A DNA stretch of 64,000 bases, taken from positions 1 through 64,000 of the forward strand of contig BTVV01000005.1 in NCBI GenBank assembly GCA_045863855.1, written 5' to 3'. The position numbers were made by a program, and so were the translations under genes. Within the stretch, counting starts at the first letter, position 1. Every line of letters begins with the position of its first letter. The notes under the pieces are model-generated. The model saw only the letters and a list, made by a program, of their open reading frames with translations, did not search any database and was not told where the DNA came from. This DNA is from Planctomycetota bacterium (GTDB lineage Bacteria; Planctomycetota; SZUA-567; H5-PLA8). Positions 35,050 to 43,895 of the stretch are shown piece after piece.

Positions 35050-36987
35050 ATGCCCAGCGCGGCTTCCGGCGAAATCCCAGTTACTTCCGCCGCGCCAAGC
35101 ACTTGCGGTTGGGCCGAAGCGCCCTGGGTGGCAGCGGCGCTGTTTCTGGCTCCCTTCCTTTTATATGCTCAAGGGTACGACTACGGCCTGCTTGGAATTG
35201 ACGACACCTCGTACTACGGCAACCCGTTGCTCCGTGAGACGTCCGCGCTCTGGAAGGTCTGGGCCGACGTGTATATGAGCGAGTACCTTCCGATCATGCA
35301 ACTCACGTTTTGGCTTGATCTTGCGGTAGGTGGGTCGGGCGGATTCGCGTTCGCGCGGGTACAGCAGTTGGTCTGGCTGGGGGTGGGCACGCTGGCGGTG
35401 CGAGCCGTGTGCACTCGCCTGACTGGACGCCGAGATTTAAGTACTTTTGTCGCCATGCTTTACGCGGTACATCCGGTGAATGCCGACGGCACGTTATGGC
35501 TGGCCGAACGCAAAAGCGTGCTGGCCTTCGCTTTTACGTACTGGAGCATCGAGCGATACCTAGCGGCTCGAAGCGAAGACTCGCTGCGTTGGGGCGCTTG
35601 GATCGCGGCGCTTGCTTTGGGCGGCTTAGGGTTGCTCTCGAAACCGCACGCCGTGGCGTTACCCGGGATGCTCTTGGCGTACGAGCTTTGCATGGGTCGC
35701 GGAAGTTGGGGGCGGCGCGCGGTGGCACTGGCGCCGTTCGTCGCCATGACCGGGCTGTATACCTTCTTGAGCCTGACGTATTGGCGCGGCGATCTGATTC
35801 GCGAACCGTTGGGCGGCAGCCGAATCGCCGCAGTGATTTCCACCGGGCCGATCCTGTGGCGCTACGGCGCTCACGTGCTGGCGCCGATTCATCTCTCGTT
35901 CGTGTATGCCGTTCAGGAATTGGCGCCAAGTTCCGTTTGGGGCTGGTGCGCATGGCTGGGCGCAACCGTGCTGCTAGCCTTGGCGGCGTGGCCGTCGTCC
36001 ACGCGCAAGGCGGTTCTGTGCGGCGGGTTGATGGGCTTGGCGGCGCTCGTCCCGGCGTTGAATCTGGTTCCGCAAATCTATCCGATGAGCGATCACTACC
36101 TGCAATGGGCGCTTCCGGTTTGGCTGTTGGCGCCGTTGCTGCTTCTCGATGCGGCCTGTACGCGGTGGTTTCCAGCCCGTGGCCACCGGCCCGTGACTTG
36201 GCTCGCGTGCCTGGCGGCGTTCTTGCTGGCTTGCCTGACCTTGGCGCGGGTGCCCGAGTACGCATCGGCCTATGCGGTCCTCGATCACGCGGTACGCCAA
36301 CAGCCGCAAACCGGTTTGGCTTGGGCGCCTTACGCCGCTCAGTTGAATGCGCGCAACGGTCCCGAGTCGGCGGTGGGTCAAGCCTGCGTGCGCGCGCTGG
36401 AATCGCCGGATGCGCATCGTTTGCTGCCGCACGACCGGCTTTTCGTCACGCCGCGAGCTGCGCGCTTTCTATACGAGCAAGGCCAGACGGAAGCAGCCCT
36501 CGCGCTGATCGAGCGCTCCTTCGTTCAGTTCCAGCACGGCCCCAACGGGTGGCCGCAGGTGATGCGCGCGGAAGCGTTGTTTTATTTGAAGCGCCATGCG
36601 GAAGCACTGGCATCCTTGGAACCCTTAGTCAGCGAGGAACAGCGCCGCGTCGCCGCCAGCCTTCGTGAACGCTGCGCGGAGGGGACGCCATTGCCTCAAG
36701 AATTACCGCCATTCCTTGCGCTCAAAATCGAAGGCGGTGACGCCTATGACACCACGCACGCGAACTTCGTCGAGTTTCGGATGCTTTTCCTGCTCAGCCG
36801 TACGTACATGGCCTTGGGTCAAAACGCGCAGGCTTTCGATTGGGCGCTGGTGCTGGGAAACATGTTCCCGCATACGGAGGCTTCCCGGTTGCTTCTGGCC
36901 GTCTTGTACGAACAACTGGGCAAGCCGGAGGCGGCTCGGCGATTGCGTACGCGGGCGCGAAACGTACCTCCAGGAGCGGGCGCGTGA
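35050..36987 (+). CDS. TMTC-like GT-C membrane glycosyltransferase with C-terminal TPR (paralog 1)
   Basis: GIDD..YY.NP first-loop acidic motif; EYLPIMQLTFWLD; AVHP..WLAERK; LLSK; SDHYL; many TM helices; TPR tail. Confidence 0.75.
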   Translation: MPSAASGEIPVTSAAPSTCGWAEAPWVAAALFLAPFLLYAQGYDYGLLGIDDTSYYGNPLLRETSALWKVWADVYMSEYLPIMQLTFWLDLAVGGSGGFAFARVQQLVWLGVGTLAVRAVCTRLTGRRDLSTFVAMLYAVHPVNADGTLWLAERKSVLAFAFTYWSIERYLAARSEDSLRWGAWIAALALGGLGLLSKPHAVALPGMLLAYELCMGRGSWGRRAVALAPFVAMTGLYTFLSLTYWRGDLIREPLGGSRIAAVISTGPILWRYGAHVLAPIHLSFVYAVQELAPSSVWGWCAWLGATVLLALAAWPSSTRKAVLCGGLMGLAALVPALNLVPQIYPMSDHYLQWALPVWLLAPLLLLDAACTRWFPARGHRPVTWLACLAAFLLACLTLARVPEYASAYAVLDHAVRQQPQTGLAWAPYAAQLNARNGPESAVGQACVRALESPDAHRLLPHDRLFVTPRAARFLYEQGQTEAALALIERSFVQFQHGPNGWPQVMRAEALFYLKRHAEALASLEPLVSEEQRRVAASLRERCAEGTPLPQELPPFLALKIEGGDAYDTTHANFVEFRMLFLLSRTYMALGQNAQAFDWALVLGNMFPHTEASRLLLAVLYEQLGKPEAARRLRTRARNVPPGAGA

Positions 36988-38936
36988 ACCCCGGAGACGC
37001 TGCGGCATCTGGCGCGGCGCCGCTGCCTGTTTTCCGGCGTTGGCCGAACGCGGCGGCCGACGGCGCGCTGGCGCTGCTGGCCGTCTTGCTTTATGCGCCG
37101 ACCTTGGGTTTCGGGCTCATCGGCGTGGACGAATCGGTTTACTACTTCCAAAATCCGGCGCTGGCGGGCGGAGCGCCTTCGGGGCTGGGCGCGTTGTGGC
37201 GGAGCGCCTACTTCAGCGATTACTTTCCGATCACGCAGATCACGCTTTGGATCGACCTCGCGGTCTTCGATCCGCCGCCCTGGTACGGTCCGCGGGTGCA
37301 CGGATTACTCTGGTGGATCCTCGGGATATGGGCGGTGCGGCGCGTGATCGAACGGCTCAGCGGGAGCTACGGGATGGGCTGCGCCGTCGCGGTCCTGTTC
37401 GCGGCCCATCCGGTTTGCGTAAGCTCGGTGGTCTGGCTGGCGCAGCGTAAAAACCTCGTCTGCTTCGCGTTGAGCTTCTGGTCCGTCGCGCATTACGTAT
37501 CCGGCCGTTCATCCGATCCGCCTGCCGGAATGCGCCGCATGGTAAGCGCATGGATCCTGCTGGCTCTGGCGCTGCTGGCGAAGGCGCACGCGGTGGCGGT
37601 GCCGCTCGTGCTGCTCATTCTGGAACTGGGACTGTTGCCCGGAACCTTGCGGCGCGCATTCCTGGCCTGGTTTCCGTTCGCGCTGCTGGGCGCGGGGTTC
37701 GTGATCTTAAATCTGGCGGTCTGGCGCTCGGACTTGCAGCAGCCGATGATCGGCGGCAGCCTGGCGGGCGCGGCCTGGAGTTCGATTCCGCTACTGGCCA
37801 GCTACCTCCACTCCACCGTCTTCCCGTTCCAGCTCTCGTTCTATTACGCGGCGTTGGAGCCCCCGTTGGGCGATCCCGGGACGTGGGGCGTTCTGGCAGG
37901 AGTCGCTGCGGCGGCGGCTTTCACCGTTTGGTGGCTGCGTCCGGCGCAGCGGACCCTGTGCGCGTGGCTGCTGGGATTCGCGGCGCTCTTGCCGGCGATC
38001 AACTTGATTCCGCAGCCGGTCTCGATGGCGGATCATTATCACCTTTGGGCGCTGCCGTTCTGGTTGTGGGTGCTGGCGGCTGCGGGCGGGCGGCTGGCGG
38101 CGCGGTTCGGCGCGGCGCGTGAAGGAACGGCGTCGGCAATCCTGACGGGAAGCGCGGCGGCGGCGCTGGCGGGGGTTACCCTTTGGCATGCGCAGGGTTT
38201 CGCGAGTCCGGGGGAACTTTTCGCTCGAGCGGTGCTGCACGAACCGAACTCGTCGTGGGCGCACGCGGCAAACGCTCGTGCGCTGCACGGCAGCGTCTTG
38301 CCGCACATGCAGCGGATGGCCGGTCCCGCGGCGTGGCACGCGCTGCGCGTTCCGGACGCGCACCGGCTGTTGCCGCAGGACCGCGCCTTCGCGATCGCGC
38401 TGGCGTGCGAAGATCTCTGGCAACGCGGGAAGCCGGTTGAAGCCGAGGGCCTTTTGGAGCGCGAAGCGGCGCTCATCGCCGATCCGTGGCTGCGCGCGGC
38501 GACGGTGGCGGAGGCGGCGCTAAAAACGCGGCGCGCGGCGCGAGCTGCGGAGGCGCTGGAACCGTTGATTACGGAAGCCTTCGGCGCGCAAGCAGCGGTG
38601 CTGCGCCGGAGTTGCCGCTCGGGCGAGACGCGTCCGGACGAGTTGCCCCCGGCGGAACTGCGGCTGCAGATCGCGGATGCGTTCGCGCATGCGGCGGTAA
38701 ACGAGACGGCGCGCAAGGCTCTGTTCCTGCTCGCGCGTGCGGAGGTGGAACGGGAACGGCTCGAGGATGCCTTCGACGCGGCGGCGGTGTTGGTGAACCT
38801 GGAGCCCGAGTACGTGCCGGGGCGATTGCTGCTGGCGGAAATCTACCGGCGGCTGGGCGCGGCGGAAGCGGCCGAGGCGCTGGGCCGGACGCATCCGAAG
38901 CCGGCGGCGGCCGGGCGGAGCGGCGATGAACGCTGA
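36984..38936 (+). CDS. TMTC-like GT-C membrane glycosyltransferase with TPR (paralog 2)
   Basis: GTGA overlap and AGGAG RBS; GVDE..YY..NP, DYFPITQITLWID, AAHP..WLAQRK, LLAK, ADHY. Confidence 0.75.
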   Translation: MNPGDAAASGAAPLPVFRRWPNAAADGALALLAVLLYAPTLGFGLIGVDESVYYFQNPALAGGAPSGLGALWRSAYFSDYFPITQITLWIDLAVFDPPPWYGPRVHGLLWWILGIWAVRRVIERLSGSYGMGCAVAVLFAAHPVCVSSVVWLAQRKNLVCFALSFWSVAHYVSGRSSDPPAGMRRMVSAWILLALALLAKAHAVAVPLVLLILELGLLPGTLRRAFLAWFPFALLGAGFVILNLAVWRSDLQQPMIGGSLAGAAWSSIPLLASYLHSTVFPFQLSFYYAALEPPLGDPGTWGVLAGVAAAAAFTVWWLRPAQRTLCAWLLGFAALLPAINLIPQPVSMADHYHLWALPFWLWVLAAAGGRLAARFGAAREGTASAILTGSAAAALAGVTLWHAQGFASPGELFARAVLHEPNSSWAHAANARALHGSVLPHMQRMAGPAAWHALRVPDAHRLLPQDRAFAIALACEDLWQRGKPVEAEGLLEREAALIADPWLRAATVAEAALKTRRAARAAEALEPLITEAFGAQAAVLRRSCRSGETRPDELPPAELRLQIADAFAHAAVNETARKALFLLARAEVERERLEDAFDAAAVLVNLEPEYVPGRLLLAEIYRRLGAAEAAEALGRTHPKPAAAGRSGDER

Positions 38937-40836
38937 ACTTGGCACGGCCCCGTGGCCGCTGCGGCTCTGGCAGGAGCGCGCGCTGCTGGCGCTGGCTCCG
39001 CTGCTGCTGTACGGCGCTTCGCTTTCCTTCGGGCTGCTGGAGTACGACGACAGCGTATTTTACCTGCACAATCCGGCGCTCCAGGAAGGCTTCGGCGAAC
39101 TGTGGACGAGCGTATTCTTCAGCGAGTACCAACCGGTCACGCAGACGACCTTCTGGCTGGATCTGAAGCTGGGCGCGCCGAACGTCTGGTGGCCGGCGCG
39201 GCTGCAAGGGTTGTTCTGGTTCGTGCTGGGTGCGTGGGCGGTGCACGCATGGCTGTTGCGCGCGACGGGCCGGCGCGGGGTGGCGTTCGCCGTGGCGCTG
39301 ATCTGCGCGGTGCATCCGGTGGCCGCGCCGACGGTGCTGTGGCTGGCCGAGCGGAAAAACCAACTCTGCTTCGCGTTCTCGTTCTTCGCGCTGGAGCGCT
39401 ACCTGGCGGCGCGCGAGAGCACAGAGACGAAAGAAGCGTATGGGCGCGGCGCGGCGGCGTTCGCGCTGATGCTACTGGCGCTGGGTTCGAAGATTCACGC
39501 GGTGGCGCTGCCGGCGGCTATGCTGATTCATGAACTGGTAAAGGCGAGCGCAAGCTGGCGCGGCGGCGCGGACGCACAGGCGGCGCGGAATTCCTGGCGC
39601 GTGCGCGCGATGTGGCTGGCGCCGTTTTTCCTGCTTTCGGCCTTGGCGGCGGGCTTGAGTCTGGCGTATCTGCGCACCGATACGACCGGCGAACTGTTGG
39701 GCGGAAGCCGGCTCGCGGCGCTGAACGGCGACGGGCTGATCGTCCGGCGCTACCTGTGGCACCTGATTTGGCCGCGCGATCTGGCGCTGTGGTACGCCGT
39801 GGACGAGCCGCCGGCCGCGGATCCTTCGGGCTGGCTGGCGTGGCTGAGCGTATGCGCGGCGTTGGGAGCGAGCGTAGCGGCGGCGCGGGACCGGCGCATG
39901 GCGCTGCTGGGGATCGGGACCGGCTTCGCCTTCCTGGGATTGACGTTCAACGTTTTCGTGTACCACCCGTTTTTTATGGCCGACCATTACTTGCATTGGG
40001 CGCTACCGGGGTGGCTGCTGGCGGCGGCGTTGGGCGTGGAAGGCGCGCTGGCGCGGTTGAACTTGCCAAGTCTGCTACGGTATGCGGCGGCCACCGTGGC
40101 GGTGCTGGTGTGCGGATTTTTCTCGTTCGAACGAGTGCCGCTCTTCGCCTCGCGCTTGGTGCTTTTCGACCACGATACGCGCGTGCAGCCGGATTCGCCT
40201 CAAGCCTGGGCGCAGTATGCACTGACGCTGTACCGCAGCTCGTCGAATGAGTGGCATGCCCTTACGGGCGCGGTGGCGCTGGAAGCCTTGAAGCGCCCGA
40301 ACGGGCACCGCGTGATGCCGAAGCTCCGCGCGATGCTGATCCGGGAAGGCGCTCTGGCGCTACACCGATCGGGACAGCCGTCGGCGGCGCGGGCGTTGTG
40401 CGAAGCGGAATGCACGCGCTTTACGGGGAGTTGGAAGCCGCTGGCCGAGATGACCCGCGCGCAGGTAGCCAACTACACCGGGCGTCCGGCGGAAGCGGTG
40501 GCGTTAATGCAAAGCGTCTGGCAAGAGGCACACGCGCGGGCGGCGCGGATCCTGCGCGAAGCCTGGAGCGCACGCGGGGACGCTCCCGACGCTCAGCCGC
40601 CGCTGCTGAAGCTGCCGATCGCGAGCCTCGATCCGTTCGACCCGCTGGTGGGTTCGGCCTTTCAGTACGAACAGCTCCGGACGCTGGCCGAGGCGTATCT
40701 GCTTTCAGGCGACTTGGAGCGCGCGTGGGAAGTGTCGGCGGTGCTGGTCAATATGGCGCCTGCGTACAGCGACGGGCAGAGCGTATGGCGCGAAGTGCTC
40801 CGGCGGAAAGACGCGAAAGCGGCGGGCGGCCCGTAA
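38926..40836 (+). CDS. TMTC-like GT-C membrane glycosyltransferase with TPR (paralog 3)
   Basis: Overlaps the previous stop; EYDD..FY..NP, EYQPVTQTTFWLD, AVHP..WLAERK, LGSK, ADHYL. Confidence 0.75.
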   Translation: MNAELGTAPWPLRLWQERALLALAPLLLYGASLSFGLLEYDDSVFYLHNPALQEGFGELWTSVFFSEYQPVTQTTFWLDLKLGAPNVWWPARLQGLFWFVLGAWAVHAWLLRATGRRGVAFAVALICAVHPVAAPTVLWLAERKNQLCFAFSFFALERYLAARESTETKEAYGRGAAAFALMLLALGSKIHAVALPAAMLIHELVKASASWRGGADAQAARNSWRVRAMWLAPFFLLSALAAGLSLAYLRTDTTGELLGGSRLAALNGDGLIVRRYLWHLIWPRDLALWYAVDEPPAADPSGWLAWLSVCAALGASVAAARDRRMALLGIGTGFAFLGLTFNVFVYHPFFMADHYLHWALPGWLLAAALGVEGALARLNLPSLLRYAAATVAVLVCGFFSFERVPLFASRLVLFDHDTRVQPDSPQAWAQYALTLYRSSSNEWHALTGAVALEALKRPNGHRVMPKLRAMLIREGALALHRSGQPSAARALCEAECTRFTGSWKPLAEMTRAQVANYTGRPAEAVALMQSVWQEAHARAARILREAWSARGDAPDAQPPLLKLPIASLDPFDPLVGSAFQYEQLRTLAEAYLLSGDLERAWEVSAVLVNMAPAYSDGQSVWREVLRRKDAKAAGGP

Positions 40837-40847
40837 CGCCCCACCGT

Positions 40848-41210
40848 TCAGCTCTTTTCGACCGGTTCGATGGTGGCGCTCATGCTGCCGGGCGAACGCT
40901 CAAGAAGCGGATCGGGACCGAAGGCCCGAATCTGGTCGCGCTTGAGTTCGGCGCGTTCCAGCGAGGTGGTATCGACGATGGTGACGCCGGCGCTGTCGAC
41001 CTCGACGGCGTGGCGGTAGGCCTTTTCGGCGGACATCCCGAAGAGCTGCATCAGCATCACGATCACGTAATGGTAGGTATGGTCGTCGTCGTTGTGCAGG
41101 ATCACATGGTACAGCGGGGCGAATTTCTGGCGCCGGTCGGTCTGGGTGTCCTTTTCCGGAAGCACTTGGGTGCCGGGAGTCGGGCTTTGGGGCTTGAGAG
41201 GCTCGGACAT
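40848..41210 (-). CDS. clpS: ATP-dependent Clp protease adaptor ClpS
   Basis: YHVILHNDDDHTYHYV..ML..LF, EVDSAG, ATIEP. Confidence 0.9.
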   Translation of the reverse strand: MSEPLKPQSPTPGTQVLPEKDTQTDRRQKFAPLYHVILHNDDDHTYHYVIVMLMQLFGMSAEKAYRHAVEVDSAGVTIVDTTSLERAELKRDQIRAFGPDPLLERSPGSMSATIEPVEKS

Positions 41211-41389
41211 TCGACAGCTGCTCCACGCACGTTGCGCGAATTATAGTAAGTAGGGGGGCGTTGGAAAGAGGATGGCGGCCGAATTCGTGCGGGGGCAGGC
41301 TCAATTCCGGCAAAAGCCCAAATGAGGGTCCGGTTCGGCTCGTCTAAGCTGTACGATCTTCCGCAGGGACGGGATGGAGGCGCAGGGTC

Positions 41390-42700
41390 ATGCAATCCGC
41401 GAGCATTCGTCGAAGGATCGGAAGCCAGGTGCTGGCGGCGGCTCTGTGGGCGGCTTGTGCGGCTCTTTATGCCGGCGAAGAGTCGGCTTGGGAGAAAGTG
41501 CCCGCGCAGGATCTGCCACTCCCGCGGATCGACCAGATTCTTTCGCCGGGGCTTTTCGACGGCGAGCTGCGACGCACGGTGCTGTGCCCGCCTGACGGGA
41601 AGCCGGTGGACTTCGGCCTGCCGCACGACGGCACGGGCGCGGACAAGCGGCCCTATCCGGCGCTGATGGGCGCGTACAAGCGGGCCGGCGCGCAGGGCTT
41701 TTTGTGGCTCGACCTGAACGCCGACGGAAAACAGGACCCGGCGGAGGCGTTGCCGGTCAAAGACGGCCAGGAGCTGGGCCCGTTTCGCTGGGAAGCGCAT
41801 TACGACGACGGGACTTCTGGCCCCTACCTCTTCAAGCTGAAGCACAGCGGCGAGGCGGGCCATTTCACGGTGCTGCGCGCGCAAGGCAAGCAGGCGCGCT
41901 TCAAGCAGCATGCCGTGGTGTTGTTGGACGAGAACGGAAACGGCCGCTACGACGATCTGGGTCAGGACGCGGTGCTGGTGCAGGGGCAACCGATAACGTT
42001 CCTGAGCCGGCAGCTTTACCTGGGCGACGACCTCTTCGAACTGCTGGTTCATCCGGCCGGGCAGACGCTGGAACTGCGCCCGCTGCCCAAGACGGAAATG
42101 GGTGAAGTAAACCTCTTTCATATGTACAGGCCGGCGCAGAAATCCGAAGCCCTGCGCTTTCACACGCTGATTGTGCAAGGGCGCGATGGCGCTTTCTCCT
42201 TCGACGACCAGATCAAGAGCCGGATGCTCCCGGCGGGCGCGTACGACCTGGTCTTCGGCCTGCTGGAGCGCGGGACCGAGCGGGTGATTCTGAAGCGCGG
42301 CGAGCGGACGTCGTTCACGGTGGAGCCCGGGAAGATTGCGACGCCGGCGTGGGGCGGGCCGGTGGCCGGCAAGCTGAACCTCGAGAGCGACGGGAAGGTG
42401 GTGAAGGTCCATAAGCCGCTCTTCATGGGCCAGGGAAGCGAAATTTACTTGCCGACGGACTGGGAGAAAATCCCGCTGCGCGCGGCGTTGTATTACATTT
42501 GGTACGATCAGGTGTACCGCGCCGAACGGAGCGACGTATCTGGGAATAAACCGTACGAGTTGAAGCCCAACGGCGATTTAGCTCCGGTGGAATTCGCGAT
42601 CGTATCGAGCAACGAATACAAGGTGGTGGTGGAATACAAGTCGGGCATTCTGGGCACGGTGAAGGCGGAAGAGCGGGTCAATCTGGTGGCGAAGCGGTAG
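41390..42700 (+). CDS. secreted hypothetical protein with DxNxDG-type Ca-binding-like motifs
   Basis: GGAGG RBS; signal peptide; WLDLNADGKQD and LLDENGNGRYDD. Confidence 0.65.
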   Translation: MQSASIRRRIGSQVLAAALWAACAALYAGEESAWEKVPAQDLPLPRIDQILSPGLFDGELRRTVLCPPDGKPVDFGLPHDGTGADKRPYPALMGAYKRAGAQGFLWLDLNADGKQDPAEALPVKDGQELGPFRWEAHYDDGTSGPYLFKLKHSGEAGHFTVLRAQGKQARFKQHAVVLLDENGNGRYDDLGQDAVLVQGQPITFLSRQLYLGDDLFELLVHPAGQTLELRPLPKTEMGEVNLFHMYRPAQKSEALRFHTLIVQGRDGAFSFDDQIKSRMLPAGAYDLVFGLLERGTERVILKRGERTSFTVEPGKIATPAWGGPVAGKLNLESDGKVVKVHKPLFMGQGSEIYLPTDWEKIPLRAALYYIWYDQVYRAERSDVSGNKPYELKPNGDLAPVEFAIVSSNEYKVVVEYKSGILGTVKAEERVNLVAKR

Positions 42701-42760
42701 GGATGAAGTTAGGGCAGGCGCTTATTGCTTGAGCAGTTACCAATTCCACCATCCCCTTCC

Positions 42761-43513
42761 CTACTCGAAGCATCCCCCAAAGAGAATTTTCTCCGCTTCG
42801 TTTTCCGCGGTGGCGTAGGCGGCCGTTTGGGCGGGGGTTTGGCCGAAGCGGTGCACATGGCTGGCGTGGAAGCCGAAGATCGCGGCGATACGCAGACCTT
42901 CTTCGCGCCGGACCGAACCGCGGTGCCAGAGGCGCTGATCCCAAAGCACCACGTCGCCTTTGCGACAGGCAAGCGGGGCGGAAGGCGAGCCGTTGAAAGG
43001 CGACAATTCAACCACGCGGTGCGAGCGCGGAATCACGTGAGTCGGACCGTGGCGCAGCGTCAGATCCTCGAAGTACATGTTCACGTGGACGACCAGCGGA
43101 TAGTGATAATAAACATTCCCGAACTGCGCGACGTTGTGGTCGCCGTCGCGGTGCCAGCCTTCGGGCTCCGGCGCCGTAGGGTTGGCTTTGTGGATCAGCC
43201 AACTGGGATGAAAAAGCGTCGGGTTGACGCGTTCGTAATTGGGCCAAAGGGAACGACGTACCATGTCGCGCAGGCGTGGCGCCTTGGCCGGCCAGATCGA
43301 GTGCGGCACGTCGTCGGGCACGGTTAGACCCTTGCCGCGCTCTTCCTGCGCGCGTATCAGCGCGTAAAGTTGTTCTCGAAACGCATCGACGGTGTCGGGC
43401 TTGAAGACCTCTTCGAGAACCACGAAGCCTTGATCTCTGAAAAGCTGGAGCATGTTGCCGATATCGTTGAAGTGATAGGGCTCTTCGACGAAGCGCAGTG
43501 CGGGAGCGTCCAT
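42761..43513 (-). CDS. PhyH family dioxygenase (third, divergent copy)
   Basis: FRDQGFVVL, GWHRD, GPTHVIPRSH, GDVVLWDQRLWHRG. Alternative start 43531. Confidence 0.85.
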   Translation of the reverse strand: MDAPALRFVEEPYHFNDIGNMLQLFRDQGFVVLEEVFKPDTVDAFREQLYALIRAQEERGKGLTVPDDVPHSIWPAKAPRLRDMVRRSLWPNYERVNPTLFHPSWLIHKANPTAPEPEGWHRDGDHNVAQFGNVYYHYPLVVHVNMYFEDLTLRHGPTHVIPRSHRVVELSPFNGSPSAPLACRKGDVVLWDQRLWHRGSVRREEGLRIAAIFGFHASHVHRFGQTPAQTAAYATAENEAEKILFGGCFE

Positions 43514-43895
43514 GCGAGGCCATCCTTCCATTTAGAATAGATGAGAAATCTCGTTCCGTTGCACCGCCTAGGGGCTCGTCCAGCCGCCGGGGTGGTTCGA
43601 TGCCTACAGTTACACCTAGAAATCGAAAAAAGTAAAGTTAAATCGCCAGCTCAGGCCACCAGCGTCCATTGGAGCGCATAAGTTATTTATACATAAGAAT
43701 ATAAATACACAATCCGAACATCGCGTTTCGCTCTAAGCGGGGCCAAACTCGCGTAACTTTTTACCGGTATATAGCGCGTATACAACCGTTCGTGCACCGC
43801 TGCGCCGAAGTATTTTAGAAGTCCGCGATAATCCGGTCGCACCCGACCCATCGCGCCGTCTGAAGGAAAACCGAAGGCGGCACGGAGGAAATTCG

